A program made the translations under genes and the position numbers. Below are positions 8,472 to 16,511 of a stretch of 64,000 nucleotides of DNA, in pieces (the first letter of the stretch is position 1; each line of letters opens with the position of its first letter). The DNA comes from a virus: the IMG/VR virus record IMGVR_UViG_3300045988_137040; one strand, written 5' to 3'. The notes under the pieces were generated by a model. The model saw only the letters and a list, made by a program, of their open reading frames with translations, ran no database searches and was not told the origin of the DNA.

Positions 8472-8664
8472 GGTCGCTATCGCTCCACGAATTTTTAGGG
8501 TCGCTACGCTTGAAATGGAACGTTATCCGTAAAATTAAATTTAGAATTATACTGCACAATCTACCACACGGATAGGGTATGCAATAGCTTAATTCTAAAG
8601 TTAATTTTACGTTTAATTTCAAGCACGAAGTGCGACCCAAAAGAATAAGTACGAAGTGCGACCC
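8472..8664. repeat. palindromic intergenic repeat, copy B (core 8498-8638)
   Basis: Same family, shorter: one CGTAAAATTAAATTTAGAATTA unit per arm, in clean mirror symmetry. Lies between ardA-like and ardC. Confidence 0.9.
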
Positions 8665-8669
8665 GATAG

Positions 8670-9512
8670 TTATGCGTCAGCCCAGTAAGTCCACGTCTTT
8701 AACTTACGTGTGCCATAGCGTTTGAGATAGGCGTTGAGACGTTTCTCGAACTTCTCACGCTCGTGCTTCACCCCTTCTAAGATAGTCTTGCGGTCAGCCT
8801 CCGTCATCTTCATGTGGTCGCCATGGTATTTCGACGGATTTTCCTGCACGTCCCATTCCGACCACGCTTTCCACTGCCATAGGTTCAGCGGCTCCGTCTG
8901 GGAATAACTCTCACGCTGGAGATAGAGCGTTGTGCCGTCATGCGACAGCGATTGCAACTGCTCAATATCCTTATCGAACTGTGCAAGGTTCTCACGAAGG
9001 AAGTATTGTTTCAGCCGCTCCTCGCTCGACGTTATGCGGTTGTAAGCGTCAAGGCTCGGCCCCTCGTCAGCCCAACAGAAGCGGTTCTCGATAGACGGCT
9101 TCTTAAATTTGAGGATGCCTCCATTCTGCAAACGCACGGCATAAGAGAACTGCTTGCACTCATAATAGTCAAGCATGTGCTCATCGCTCCACACCTTAGC
9201 CATCTCCCGTTTGAACTCGGGCAACAGAGCCTTGTCGCCCGACGGCTTCTTTTCCGCCGTCTCCTCGGCCTTGATAGCGGCAAGCACGTCATTGAAATCT
9301 TCTTCGCCAAAGCTCTCACCACAAGAGAGCCCATCGGGAAAGTCGCTCGTGTCTTGCACCATCAGTTCCGGCTCGCGCTCATCACGGTGGAGCGCATAGC
9401 ACTTACTAAGAAAGTCGTCATAGTTCTTGCAACTCTTAAGGCTTATCCAACCACCGGCAATAGAGCCGTTGTTATACTTGGCGTATGTGCCAACATATAC
9501 TTTAGGATTCAT
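8670..9512 (-). CDS. ardA: ArdA-like antirestriction N-domain protein with an unassigned C-terminal extension
   Basis: The N-terminus VYVGTYAKYNNGSIAGGWISL...EPELMVQDTSDFP parallels ArdA/Tn916 Orf18 (VYIANLGKYNEGELVGAWF...EEYAIHDYELPF), recalled from memory. Confidence 0.65.
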   Translation of the reverse strand: MNPKVYVGTYAKYNNGSIAGGWISLKSCKNYDDFLSKCYALHRDEREPELMVQDTSDFPDGLSCGESFGEEDFNDVLAAIKAEETAEKKPSGDKALLPEFKREMAKVWSDEHMLDYYECKQFSYAVRLQNGGILKFKKPSIENRFCWADEGPSLDAYNRITSSEERLKQYFLRENLAQFDKDIEQLQSLSHDGTTLYLQRESYSQTEPLNLWQWKAWSEWDVQENPSKYHGDHMKMTEADRKTILEGVKHEREKFEKRLNAYLKRYGTRKLKTWTYWADA

Positions 9513-9535
9513 ATCGTTGTGATTTAGAATTGTTG

Positions 9536-10948
9536 TTATGCTGCTTTAGCTTGTGTTCTCGATTTCTTCTCCAGCTTCACGAACTCCGCCTTGTTGTCCG
9601 TGATAAGCTTCCGTATCTCCTTGTCACGCTCCGGCACCGCGTTGCAGGCGGCACGGCACTGCACGATAGTGTTCGATGCCATGTTGTACTCGATGGTGGC
9701 CAAACGCTTGCCGTTGTCGTCCTTGGCAGAGAGGATAAGACTTTCGGGGTGGGTAAAATAATTCCAATAGCCCATGCGGTACACGCAGTGGTGCATGTGC
9801 TCGGCTTCTTCCTTGAACTCGTCAACGCTTTGCAGCGGACGGATAGTAAGGTTCGTGGAAGTCAAGTCGATTGTCAGCATCTTGCCCATGTGCTCGGGAT
9901 AGTGTTGCGCTGCCTCGGCCTCCCGCTTGGCACGCTTAGCGCACTCCGCATTGTAGAGTATCATGTCTTGCCTCCGTCGCTCAGCCGCCATAGCCTGTAG
10001 TCTGGCTTCGGCAATTTCGTCGATACGCCTCTTGCGCTTCAGCAACATGTCATGCAGGGCGTGCAGATTGTCGGGACACACAAACTTAGGATTGTGGATG
10101 TCCATGTGCAGGAACGTCAGCAGATAGAGCGTGTCAAGCCATAGCGAAGGGTCGTCGATATGATATTTATGTCGGATGCAAATCTTCACGGCCGCCTCCC
10201 CACCATGGGGCAGACGGGTTCGGTTACGCACAAGATGGTCGAAGAGCGGTGTCTGAGAAGCAGACAGCATCGTCTCAGCGATAGGATAGGCTATCACACG
10301 GATGCAGCTGGTGTTATAGTCGTACTTGTCCATCAGTCCCGGCACGTCCTTGTACTGCCACTGCTTAGTGAGCGATTTTATCTCATAGTTCCACACATAG
10401 AGATTCTTCCGCATCATGGAGCCCCAACCCATGCAGTTAGGTGACAACTCCCGGCGAAGTATCAATGGTGAGGACTTGCTGAAGGCGTCATACGCATAGG
10501 ACATAACATTTACAGTACGCTCATATACCTTGCGCTCTCCCGTAGGAGCATACATGATGCGCTCAATCTCCCACGCATGCACCTGCGCTGCCTTGCCATA
10601 TTGCAGCTTACGCTCCACGCGGACATAGCGCACCAACTGAATGTCACGCTTAGCCTCGAAGATAGCAATATCACGAAGCTCGGTATCCACTCGGCGGCGA
10701 TTTAGCTCCACCGTCTTTTTCTCCGTCCACTTGGCATGGCACTGAGGACATTCGTGCTGGCCGATAGGGTTGATAGAGCAACCGCACTCGGTGCAGAAGT
10801 AAACCAGCTCGCCACGCAACACCCTCGAAGCAAGACCGGGCTTGAACAGTTTACGATAGAGGCGGTGGGTCTCCGTCTTGCCGGGTTCGTCATGCAGACG
10901 CTTGTTGATAGCGGCGCAGCGTCTGCCAAATTCTGTCACTCGTTTCAT
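9536..10948 (-). CDS. PcfJ-like protein
   Basis: 470 aa. It has a Cys4 ribbon-like CTECGC..CPQCH. The C-terminal EAEHMHHCVYRMGYW...ATIEYN...IVQCRAACN fits my recollection of the PcfJ-like domain. Its start overlaps the upstream PcfK-like gene by 4 nt. Confidence 0.6.
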   Translation of the reverse strand: MKRVTEFGRRCAAINKRLHDEPGKTETHRLYRKLFKPGLASRVLRGELVYFCTECGCSINPIGQHECPQCHAKWTEKKTVELNRRRVDTELRDIAIFEAKRDIQLVRYVRVERKLQYGKAAQVHAWEIERIMYAPTGERKVYERTVNVMSYAYDAFSKSSPLILRRELSPNCMGWGSMMRKNLYVWNYEIKSLTKQWQYKDVPGLMDKYDYNTSCIRVIAYPIAETMLSASQTPLFDHLVRNRTRLPHGGEAAVKICIRHKYHIDDPSLWLDTLYLLTFLHMDIHNPKFVCPDNLHALHDMLLKRKRRIDEIAEARLQAMAAERRRQDMILYNAECAKRAKREAEAAQHYPEHMGKMLTIDLTSTNLTIRPLQSVDEFKEEAEHMHHCVYRMGYWNYFTHPESLILSAKDDNGKRLATIEYNMASNTIVQCRAACNAVPERDKEIRKLITDNKAEFVKLEKKSRTQAKAA

Positions 10949-11349
10949 TTCTTTTCCTCCTGCTTTAAGTCCTCGTCCGTTTCGTCATAGTAGTGTACGG
11001 CCATGCTGTAGATTACCTCTGGAGAGCGGAAGATGCCCACGGCAGACTTGCCTTTGCGGTTAGCCTTGGCCACCTTCAGCATCTTGCCGAAGATGTATTC
11101 ACAGCATCCGTCGATGCTCTTTCCGGGTGCTGCAAGTTTCTCGATGATGTCGGGACGGGAATACAGATAACCCTCGATAGCCTCCTTGAACTCCTTGGGG
11201 ATGACATAGCTCGCACCGCCCTCGCTCTTTTTGGTATCGGCGTGGGCCTTGGAAGTACGCTTAGACTCGCTCTTAGGCTGAGCCTCTTGTTCACGCTGCT
11301 GCTTCAGTTCCTCGGCAGCGGCTTTGATAGCTGATAAATCAATAGCCAT
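10945..11349 (-). CDS. PcfK-like / AcrIIA9-family-like small protein
   Basis: 134 aa. Lys/Glu-rich N-terminus, then DGCCEYIFGKM...VIYSMAVHYYDE near the C-terminus. Placement next to pcfJ is typical. Family assignment is from memory. Confidence 0.5.
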   Translation of the reverse strand: MAIDLSAIKAAAEELKQQREQEAQPKSESKRTSKAHADTKKSEGGASYVIPKEFKEAIEGYLYSRPDIIEKLAAPGKSIDGCCEYIFGKMLKVAKANRKGKSAVGIFRSPEVIYSMAVHYYDETDEDLKQEEKK

Positions 11350-11384
11350 AATTGCTTGAAATTTGAAAGTTGTTATTGTGTGTT

Positions 11385-11589
11385 GATCGCTAACGCTCCC
11401 ATGATTTAGTGGTCGCTACACTCGAAATGAAACGTAAAATTATCCGTAAAATTAAATTTAGAATTATCCTGCGCAACCTGCAACGAGCATGGTATGCGAT
11501 AGCTAATTTTACGTTTAATTCTAAAGTTAATTTTACGTTCCATTTCAAGCCGCGAAGCGGCGACCGAAAAAGAAGAGCGCGTAGCGCCC
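11385..11589. repeat. palindromic intergenic repeat, copy C (core 11411-11565)
   Basis: Near-identical to copy A over about 150 bp. Lies between gene 11597..12589 and the PcfK-like gene. Confidence 0.9.
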
Positions 11590-11596
11590 AATAAAA

Positions 11597-12589
11597 TTAC
11601 GCTGCCTTGATGATAGGCTCTAAATCTTTTATCTTGCAGCCTAACGACTTGGCCAGCGTCTCGAACGCGCGGCGGATGCGTGCTTTCACCTGTGCCTCGG
11701 TATAGAGCTCCTCGCCATCGGTAGCGGACGACTTAGAAGCCTTGGCCGTCGCCTTGGCTTTCTCAGCCTCCTGCTTCTTTGCCTCACGCTGAGCCTTGCG
11801 CTCCAGATACTCCGCCTTCTGCTCGGCACGCTTAGCAACCAGGGCCTCGGTGTTCGTCTCAACGATGTCGAGGAGGTCGTCGAAGTCGCAGCCCTCGTTC
11901 AGAGCGTTGCACACCTCACGGGCAGCGTCGGTATAGCGTGGGCTAAACAAGAGCACATAGACACGCTTGCCGTCCTTGCGCTCCCATGTGTGGGAGGCGT
12001 GGATTTCACCTGCACGCTGATAGGCGGGCTCGTCCTCGTCGAGACCCACAATCTTTCCGGCTTCCTTGCCACGCTTGGTGGTGTATGTCGCAAAGGTGTA
12101 CTTGCCCTTAGCGGTGCGCTTAGCGGTGCGCTTAGTGGCCTTCGGCTTAGGCTTGGCCTTAGGCTCGTCCTCGATAGGCTCGTCCTCGATAGGCTCTTCC
12201 TCGCCCTCGTCCTCGACAGGCTGCTCACGCACCTTATCCTTGACGATGCGCCCAGTGACCACACGGAGCTTGGCTTTCGGGCGTACAGGCACCGGCTCCT
12301 CGTCGATAACGTCATCGGCGTTCTCTTCCTCGACCTCGTCCTCGATGGGTTCGCTCTTAGGCTCGGCCTTTGCCTTGGGTGCCTCCTGCTTAGGCTCGTC
12401 GTCAGCCCAGTGCATCTTGCCCTGCTCGACGAGAGAATTGATCGCTCCCTTCGTCATGGGGAATGTCTGTTTCATGCCCTCGCGCTGGAAGTCTACGACC
12501 ACGCGGTCGCCGTCAACGCTCTTTATTGTGTACGTGGCAGCACCGCTACCGATAACTAACACTCTGCCTACTTCAAAATTGTTTGCCAT
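11597..12589 (-). CDS. hypothetical protein (330 aa) with an acidic/Lys-rich low-complexity linker
   Basis: Long ORF. The central EPIEDEPIEDEPKAKPKPK repeats explain the overlapping shadow ORFs. Confidence 0.6.
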   Translation of the reverse strand: MANNFEVGRVLVIGSGAATYTIKSVDGDRVVVDFQREGMKQTFPMTKGAINSLVEQGKMHWADDEPKQEAPKAKAEPKSEPIEDEVEEENADDVIDEEPVPVRPKAKLRVVTGRIVKDKVREQPVEDEGEEEPIEDEPIEDEPKAKPKPKATKRTAKRTAKGKYTFATYTTKRGKEAGKIVGLDEDEPAYQRAGEIHASHTWERKDGKRVYVLLFSPRYTDAAREVCNALNEGCDFDDLLDIVETNTEALVAKRAEQKAEYLERKAQREAKKQEAEKAKATAKASKSSATDGEELYTEAQVKARIRRAFETLAKSLGCKIKDLEPIIKAA

Positions 12590-12629
12590 AGTTGTAAGAA
12601 ATTAAAAAGTTGAATATGTTGATTGATTG

Positions 12630-12938
12630 TTATGCGACCTTAGTGTCTAAGTCCTTCATCATACCCTCGGCCACTACTTCCGTAGGGGTAGAGCCGTCGG
12701 GGGTGGCGATGATGGCATAGTGGGCATCGTCACGGGTCAGTGTACGAAAGAGCCATTGAAGGTTTTTCTCAATGGCCTGCTTACGCCACCCTGCGAGATA
12801 CTTTAGAGCCGTGGACGCTCGTTTGCATGCAACACGGTTGAAATCGAGGTCGATGGTCTCACCATTCGACAGACGCGATGCGTCAAGATAGGTAGGAGCA
12901 CCATACCAGTGCTCTACGATAAATGTCTGTTTACCCAT
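12630..12938 (-). CDS. hypothetical protein (102 aa)
   Basis: Track ORF 12630..13091 trimmed to the internal ATG (MGKQTF...). The longer form would overlap gene 13000..13242 and the hairpin at 12954-12989. Confidence 0.5.
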   Translation of the reverse strand: MGKQTFIVEHWYGAPTYLDASRLSNGETIDLDFNRVACKRASTALKYLAGWRKQAIEKNLQWLFRTLTRDDAHYAIIATPDGSTPTEVVAEGMMKDLDTKVA

Positions 12939-12953
12939 GGAATTTGATTTAGG

Positions 12954-12989
12954 GTCGCTACGCTCCAACGGATTAGGAGCGATAGCGAC
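12954..12989. repeat. minimal hairpin made only of the repeat-family end motifs
   Basis: GTCGCTACGCTCC-AACGGATTA-GGAGCGATAGCGAC, in the 61-bp gap between two minus-strand genes. Confidence 0.7.
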
Positions 12990-12999
12990 AAATGAAATA

Positions 13000-13242
13000 C
13001 TATGCGATGAGTCCTCCGAATGGGTCATCATCGGGGTGTACACTCTGCACGTCTGCGATGATGGCACGTGCCTGACGTGCGCCACCCTCACGTGCGATGT
13101 CCTGCAGGGCTGCCTTGGCAGCCTCCGTTTCCTCAGCCGTTAGGCCGAGGTTCATAGCCATGGCAGCAGTGGCAGCTGCGATGGACATGCGTTTAACACT
13201 TTTGCGAATAAGGCTCTTGCGAAAATCAAACTTGATAATCAT
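13000..13242 (-). CDS. hypothetical protein (80 aa)
   Basis: Ala-rich ORF followed by the GTCGCTACGCT hairpin. Confidence 0.45.
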   Translation of the reverse strand: MIIKFDFRKSLIRKSVKRMSIAAATAAMAMNLGLTAEETEAAKAALQDIAREGGARQARAIIADVQSVHPDDDPFGGLIA

Positions 13243-13277
13243 AGCGATAAGTTTTTGAAAGTTGATACGAATAGATA

Positions 13278-13499
13278 TTAGTCGAGGGTGATATTACACG
13301 CATGGGCGACATGCTCCAAAGCGAGGAACACCACCACGCCAACACATACGGTCACGATAGCGTCGGGGAACACCCAGAACCCCGTGAGGTCGAGATAATC
13401 AACCATGAAGTTGGCCACCAAAACGGCTGCATAGATAGCCGCGCCAAGATTTGCCGCGATGACCACGATAGCCATAGCTACACGAACGATTTTCTTCAT
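13278..13499 (-). CDS. small membrane protein (73 aa, about 2 hydrophobic helices)
   Basis: Hydrophobic stretches VRVAMAIVVIAANLGAAIYAAVLVANF and VTVCVGVVVFLAL. Confidence 0.5.
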   Translation of the reverse strand: MKKIVRVAMAIVVIAANLGAAIYAAVLVANFMVDYLDLTGFWVFPDAIVTVCVGVVVFLALEHVAHACNITLD

Positions 13500-13541
13500 T
13501 TTTTGAAAGTTAAGTGTTTGTTTACTCTGTTACTTTGTCTC

Positions 13542-13760
13542 TTAGGCGACGTTGCTCATGTCGTCGTGGTGCATATCCTTGCGGATAGCACGATGGTCGT
13601 CCTCGTCGACGTCGAAAGCACCGACAACGCAGCCCACAACAAAAAGCACCGTGACAGTCACGGCAATGACAGCATTGTCGCTCCAGTCGAGCATGATAGC
13701 GGCAACGCCTGCGTTCATGGCCACGATGATGGTCACGAACATACGAAGTATAGTTTTCAT
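13542..13760 (-). CDS. small membrane protein (72 aa)
   Basis: Track ORF trimmed to the internal ATG (MKTILRMFVTIIVAMNAGVAAIML...). Two hydrophobic segments and an acidic/His tail. Confidence 0.45.
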   Translation of the reverse strand: MKTILRMFVTIIVAMNAGVAAIMLDWSDNAVIAVTVTVLFVVGCVVGAFDVDEDDHRAIRKDMHHDDMSNVA

Positions 13761-13773
13761 AAGCGAATAAGAT

Positions 13774-13977
13774 TTAGTCGAAATCGAAAGCGGACTCGAT
13801 AAAAGTCCGCAACTTAGTCTCACTCCACCTGCACCCTAAATCCCGGGCGAAAGCGTATAAGATATTCTTCACCTGCACCTCGGTGTAGGTGCGCTCGTTC
13901 CTAAGCTGCTGAAACTTGGGGACGAGCTTTATAACCAGTGCTTTTTCTGCCATAGCGATATTACTCAAGCAGGGCAT
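13774..13977 (-). CDS. hypothetical protein (67 aa)
   Basis: ORF packed between neighbouring genes. Confidence 0.45.
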   Translation of the reverse strand: MPCLSNIAMAEKALVIKLVPKFQQLRNERTYTEVQVKNILYAFARDLGCRWSETKLRTFIESAFDFD

Positions 13978-14017
13978 TAAGCAACCATGATGCGTTCATA
14001 GTCTGTCCTCCGATAGT

Positions 14018-14245
14018 TTATTTTTTGAATGGATATTTATATAATCCCAGTAAAACGAACCACGAGACAGCGCAGCTTATTACACAGCCCAATGGCAAAA
14101 AGGCCAGGCACCACGCGCCCTTGATTGATAGCTCGTCCTCTATCCAATGGCACACCAGCGCACCCACATAGAGCGAGCAGAGACCTATTACCATCATAGT
14201 TGCAATGAATGATACCATGGATACGATTGATAAAAACTTCTTCAT
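14018..14245 (-). CDS. small membrane protein (75 aa)
   Basis: Two or three hydrophobic helices (LSIVSMVSFIATMMVIGL..., WCLAFLPLGCVISCAVSWFVLLGL). Confidence 0.5.
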   Translation of the reverse strand: MKKFLSIVSMVSFIATMMVIGLCSLYVGALVCHWIEDELSIKGAWCLAFLPLGCVISCAVSWFVLLGLYKYPFKK

Positions 14246-14263
14246 TGTTTTGTCCTCCGAAAA

Positions 14264-14686
14264 TTAAAAAATTCTACTTTTGCAAACACAGGTAACACGG
14301 CTACCTGCAAATCTCTTCACCACGATACGACGGGCAACAGTGCCCATCTTTTCGCTTGATACTTTGTTTTTGGCCTTCTTTGGCTGACGCACCCCCTGCC
14401 CATAGAAGAACATCTGTTTGGTGCTCTCTTTGCGCATAGGCTCCGGCATCGTCTCACGGCGCACCGCCCGACGGCTGCCCTCCAGAGAAACGCCATGCTC
14501 ACCCCGACGGATAGCACGACGCTGCTCTCTCTCACGATAGGCACGCAAACGCTCTCTATTCGCTTTGCGCTGCTCTTTCCATGCAAGGCTTTTTGATAAG
14601 CGGATAGCCTCGTTACGCTCTTTCTTTTCCTCACGCTCTACCCACTCCGTGGGCAGGATAGCGCACAGGTCTGATAATGTTGTCAT
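14264..14686 (-). CDS. hypothetical basic Arg/Lys-rich protein (140 aa)
   Basis: Track ORF 14264..14947 trimmed to the ATG at 14684-14686 (MTTLSDL...). The longer form would run through the tRNA-like element and into gene 14820..15515. Confidence 0.45.
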   Translation of the reverse strand: MTTLSDLCAILPTEWVEREEKKERNEAIRLSKSLAWKEQRKANRERLRAYREREQRRAIRRGEHGVSLEGSRRAVRRETMPEPMRKESTKQMFFYGQGVRQPKKAKNKVSSEKMGTVARRIVVKRFAGSRVTCVCKSRIF

Positions 14687-14716
14687 AGTCGTAATTTTTT
14701 GAAAGTTATACAAAAG

Positions 14717-14773
14717 TTCCGTGTGGGGAATCGAACCCCATAGCACCTTTGCAGTGCCACACCATGCACGGAA
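14717..14773 (-). ncRNA. tRNA-like element 2 (acceptor stem, one hairpin, T-arm; 57 nt, no D-arm)
   Basis: The minus strand reads TTCCGTG-ca-tggtgt-GGCAC-tgcaaag-GTGCT-a-TGGGG-TTCGATT-CCCCA-CACGGAA. It shares GTTCCGTGT.GGG..TCGAACCC with element 1. Confidence 0.35.
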
Positions 14774-14819
14774 AGCACACCCCCACCCCGTAGGGGATAG
14801 GGTGCATGATAGTGTTGCA

Positions 14820-15515
14820 TTAAGCAGCCTTCTTGCTGCTCTTGCGTGTGCTCTTGCGAGCGGACTTTTTAGCCTCCTTTTTTGCGCCCGTAGCAACCTC
14901 CTGCTTAGGCTGCTCTTCAACGAACATAGTCCACGTGCCATCAGCATCCTTCACGACGTGTGCCCACTGCTCCACCTTTTTGTCGGTAGATACGTTGACA
15001 TAGCCCTCCTTGATAGCGGCACACGCTTTCTCCGACTTGTCAATCTTTGCGAATGTGTCCTCCACAAAGACGCTCTGCTGCAAACCACGCAGAATGTTGG
15101 TCTGATTGACAACGACGGCGTTGTCAAACTTTTTCTTGTCGGTAGCACTCACCACAGGGCAAAGGGTCTGCACTGATACACGGGTGTACTTGCCCTCCAC
15201 TTTCTGCTGATAGAGCGGATATTCGTAGCCCATGAAGTTCACCATATAGGGCACACCATGTGCCATATACACCTGCCCGTCCTTCATCATGCGCCCGCTC
15301 CAAGCCGTGAAGATGTCCTTTGGCTTGTAGCTGTTCTTTGCCACGTGTACACCGAGGGACTGCATGAGTTCCAACGGGCGCACCTTCTCCTTGTCGCTGA
15401 TAGCCACGTAGCCACCGATGCCAGAGATAGCCTTGCACACCTGATTCCATGACATAGCCTTTGCAGCCATAGACTTAACACCATTGTTGATTGACTTTTT
15501 GCTTGTGATAATCAT
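14820..15515 (-). CDS. hypothetical protein (231 aa) with a Lys-rich C-terminal tail
   Basis: Long ORF and the first gene downstream of the 1-kb non-coding region. The tail reads KKEAKKSARKSTRKSSKKAA. Confidence 0.6.
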   Translation of the reverse strand: MIITSKKSINNGVKSMAAKAMSWNQVCKAISGIGGYVAISDKEKVRPLELMQSLGVHVAKNSYKPKDIFTAWSGRMMKDGQVYMAHGVPYMVNFMGYEYPLYQQKVEGKYTRVSVQTLCPVVSATDKKKFDNAVVVNQTNILRGLQQSVFVEDTFAKIDKSEKACAAIKEGYVNVSTDKKVEQWAHVVKDADGTWTMFVEEQPKQEVATGAKKEAKKSARKSTRKSSKKAA

Positions 15516-15550
15516 AATCGTAAATTTTGAAGTGAAATATTATTGTTAGC

Positions 15551-15604
15551 CCCTAACTCAAGGGAATTGAACCCAAGACACCCAAAGGGTGCAACCATTT
15601 AGGG
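15551..15604 (-). ncRNA. weaker tRNA-like element 3
   Basis: The minus strand reads CCCTAA-atggtt-GCACCC-ttt-GGGTGT-c-ttGGG-TTCAATT-CCCtt-gag-TTAGGG. The T-stem has two T:T mismatches. Confidence 0.2.
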
Positions 15605-16212
15605 ATAGTACCTGCCCCCTGCTTATTTCCATAGTCTGTTTTTCGCTTTCCCTTTTGCACTCCGTGCTTTCCGTGTTTTCTTTTGCAAGAACTTTGCACT
15701 TATTAAGGGAGACAAAATTGCATACAAAAGCAATTTAATGCGATTACCCTTAACGTTACTCGCTGAAACATAGCTATTTATTAAGCGTTTAGCAACTTTT
15801 CTAACACGTACTACAAAGACACTTATCCTGCATACACCGGGTTATGGTACCCTCCGGTATATTGCTTTCGGCCGGCGTAAAAACGCACCCAAACTATTAA
15901 GTAGGCTTACACTCTATTACAAGTGTAACATTGCAGGCAGTCTATCCCCCCCTCCGTGTCGTATGTAAGTAAGTCAAAGATCGCTAGCAAAACATTTTGT
16001 TTCTGTGTTACGTTTGCAAAGGTATAACACTTTTTGTTACCCCGCAAATGTTTTTTGGGTTTTAACATGAAATTAACATAATCTTTTTTGTTCACCTTAT
16101 TATATAGGGAATTAAGGGTTGTTAACAGTTGTACTGACTACTTGCATACGTACATATTTATCGCGCGCACGTACCTATTAAGCGAAAAAAGTTCATCTCT
16201 GGTTATCCACAC

Positions 16213-16256
16213 ACCACACCAACACCACACCAACACCACACCAACACCACACACAC
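16213..16256. repeat. 11-bp tandem repeat ACCACACCAAC, about 4 copies
   Basis: Read directly. Immediately preceded by TTATCCACA (16203-16211). Confidence 0.85.
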
Positions 16257-16399
16257 TACCTTTGCATATTTACGGCAACCGCCTGAGAGAGAGCAGCCCC
16301 CCACCGCGTAGCGAGGCGCGCGCTGTTCTTTTCAAAAAAAAAAGAATTTGAAACATTTTTTTGCGACATGTTACAAAAAAAGAGGATTGGCAAAAAAAC

Positions 16400-16436
16400 A
16401 AAAGGCAATCCGCAAGAAAACTGCGGATTGCCTTTT
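16400..16436 (-). terminator. strong rho-independent terminator of gene 16512..17060
   Basis: Perfect 15-bp stem AAAAGGCAATCCGCA/TGCGGATTGCCTTTT with a 7-nt loop. A T-run follows on both strands. Confidence 0.8.
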
Positions 16437-16511
16437 GTTTCAAAACGAATAGGAAAGTTTAAGTCCTATTCATTGACAGCGACGATTTCGCAAATGGAAA
16501 CCACCACCTTA

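Noticed and set aside
7312-8532. 406-aa plus-strand ORF
   Set aside because: It is antisense to ardC, whose frame has the HExxH and ArdC-N motifs. It also runs through repeat copy B.
11406-11594. Small ORFs inside the palindromic repeats (also 5231..5422 and 8446..8640), giving peptides such as LEMERKINFRIKRKISYRI on both strands
   Set aside because: They are an artefact of the palindromic symmetry. Both strands yield similar peptides, and the reading frames are not conserved between copies.
14717-14773. Canonical tRNA gene, or an attP core with an integrase
   Set aside because: The elements are too short (44-57 nt), lack a D-arm, and have a non-canonical anticodon loop (no U33). No integrase is in the window. 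They are kept only as tRNA-like elements.
16203-16211. A functional DnaA box (TTATCCACA)
   Set aside because: It is a single perfect 9-mer with no cluster of boxes nearby, so it could be chance. It is mentioned only as context for the adjacent 11-bp repeat.
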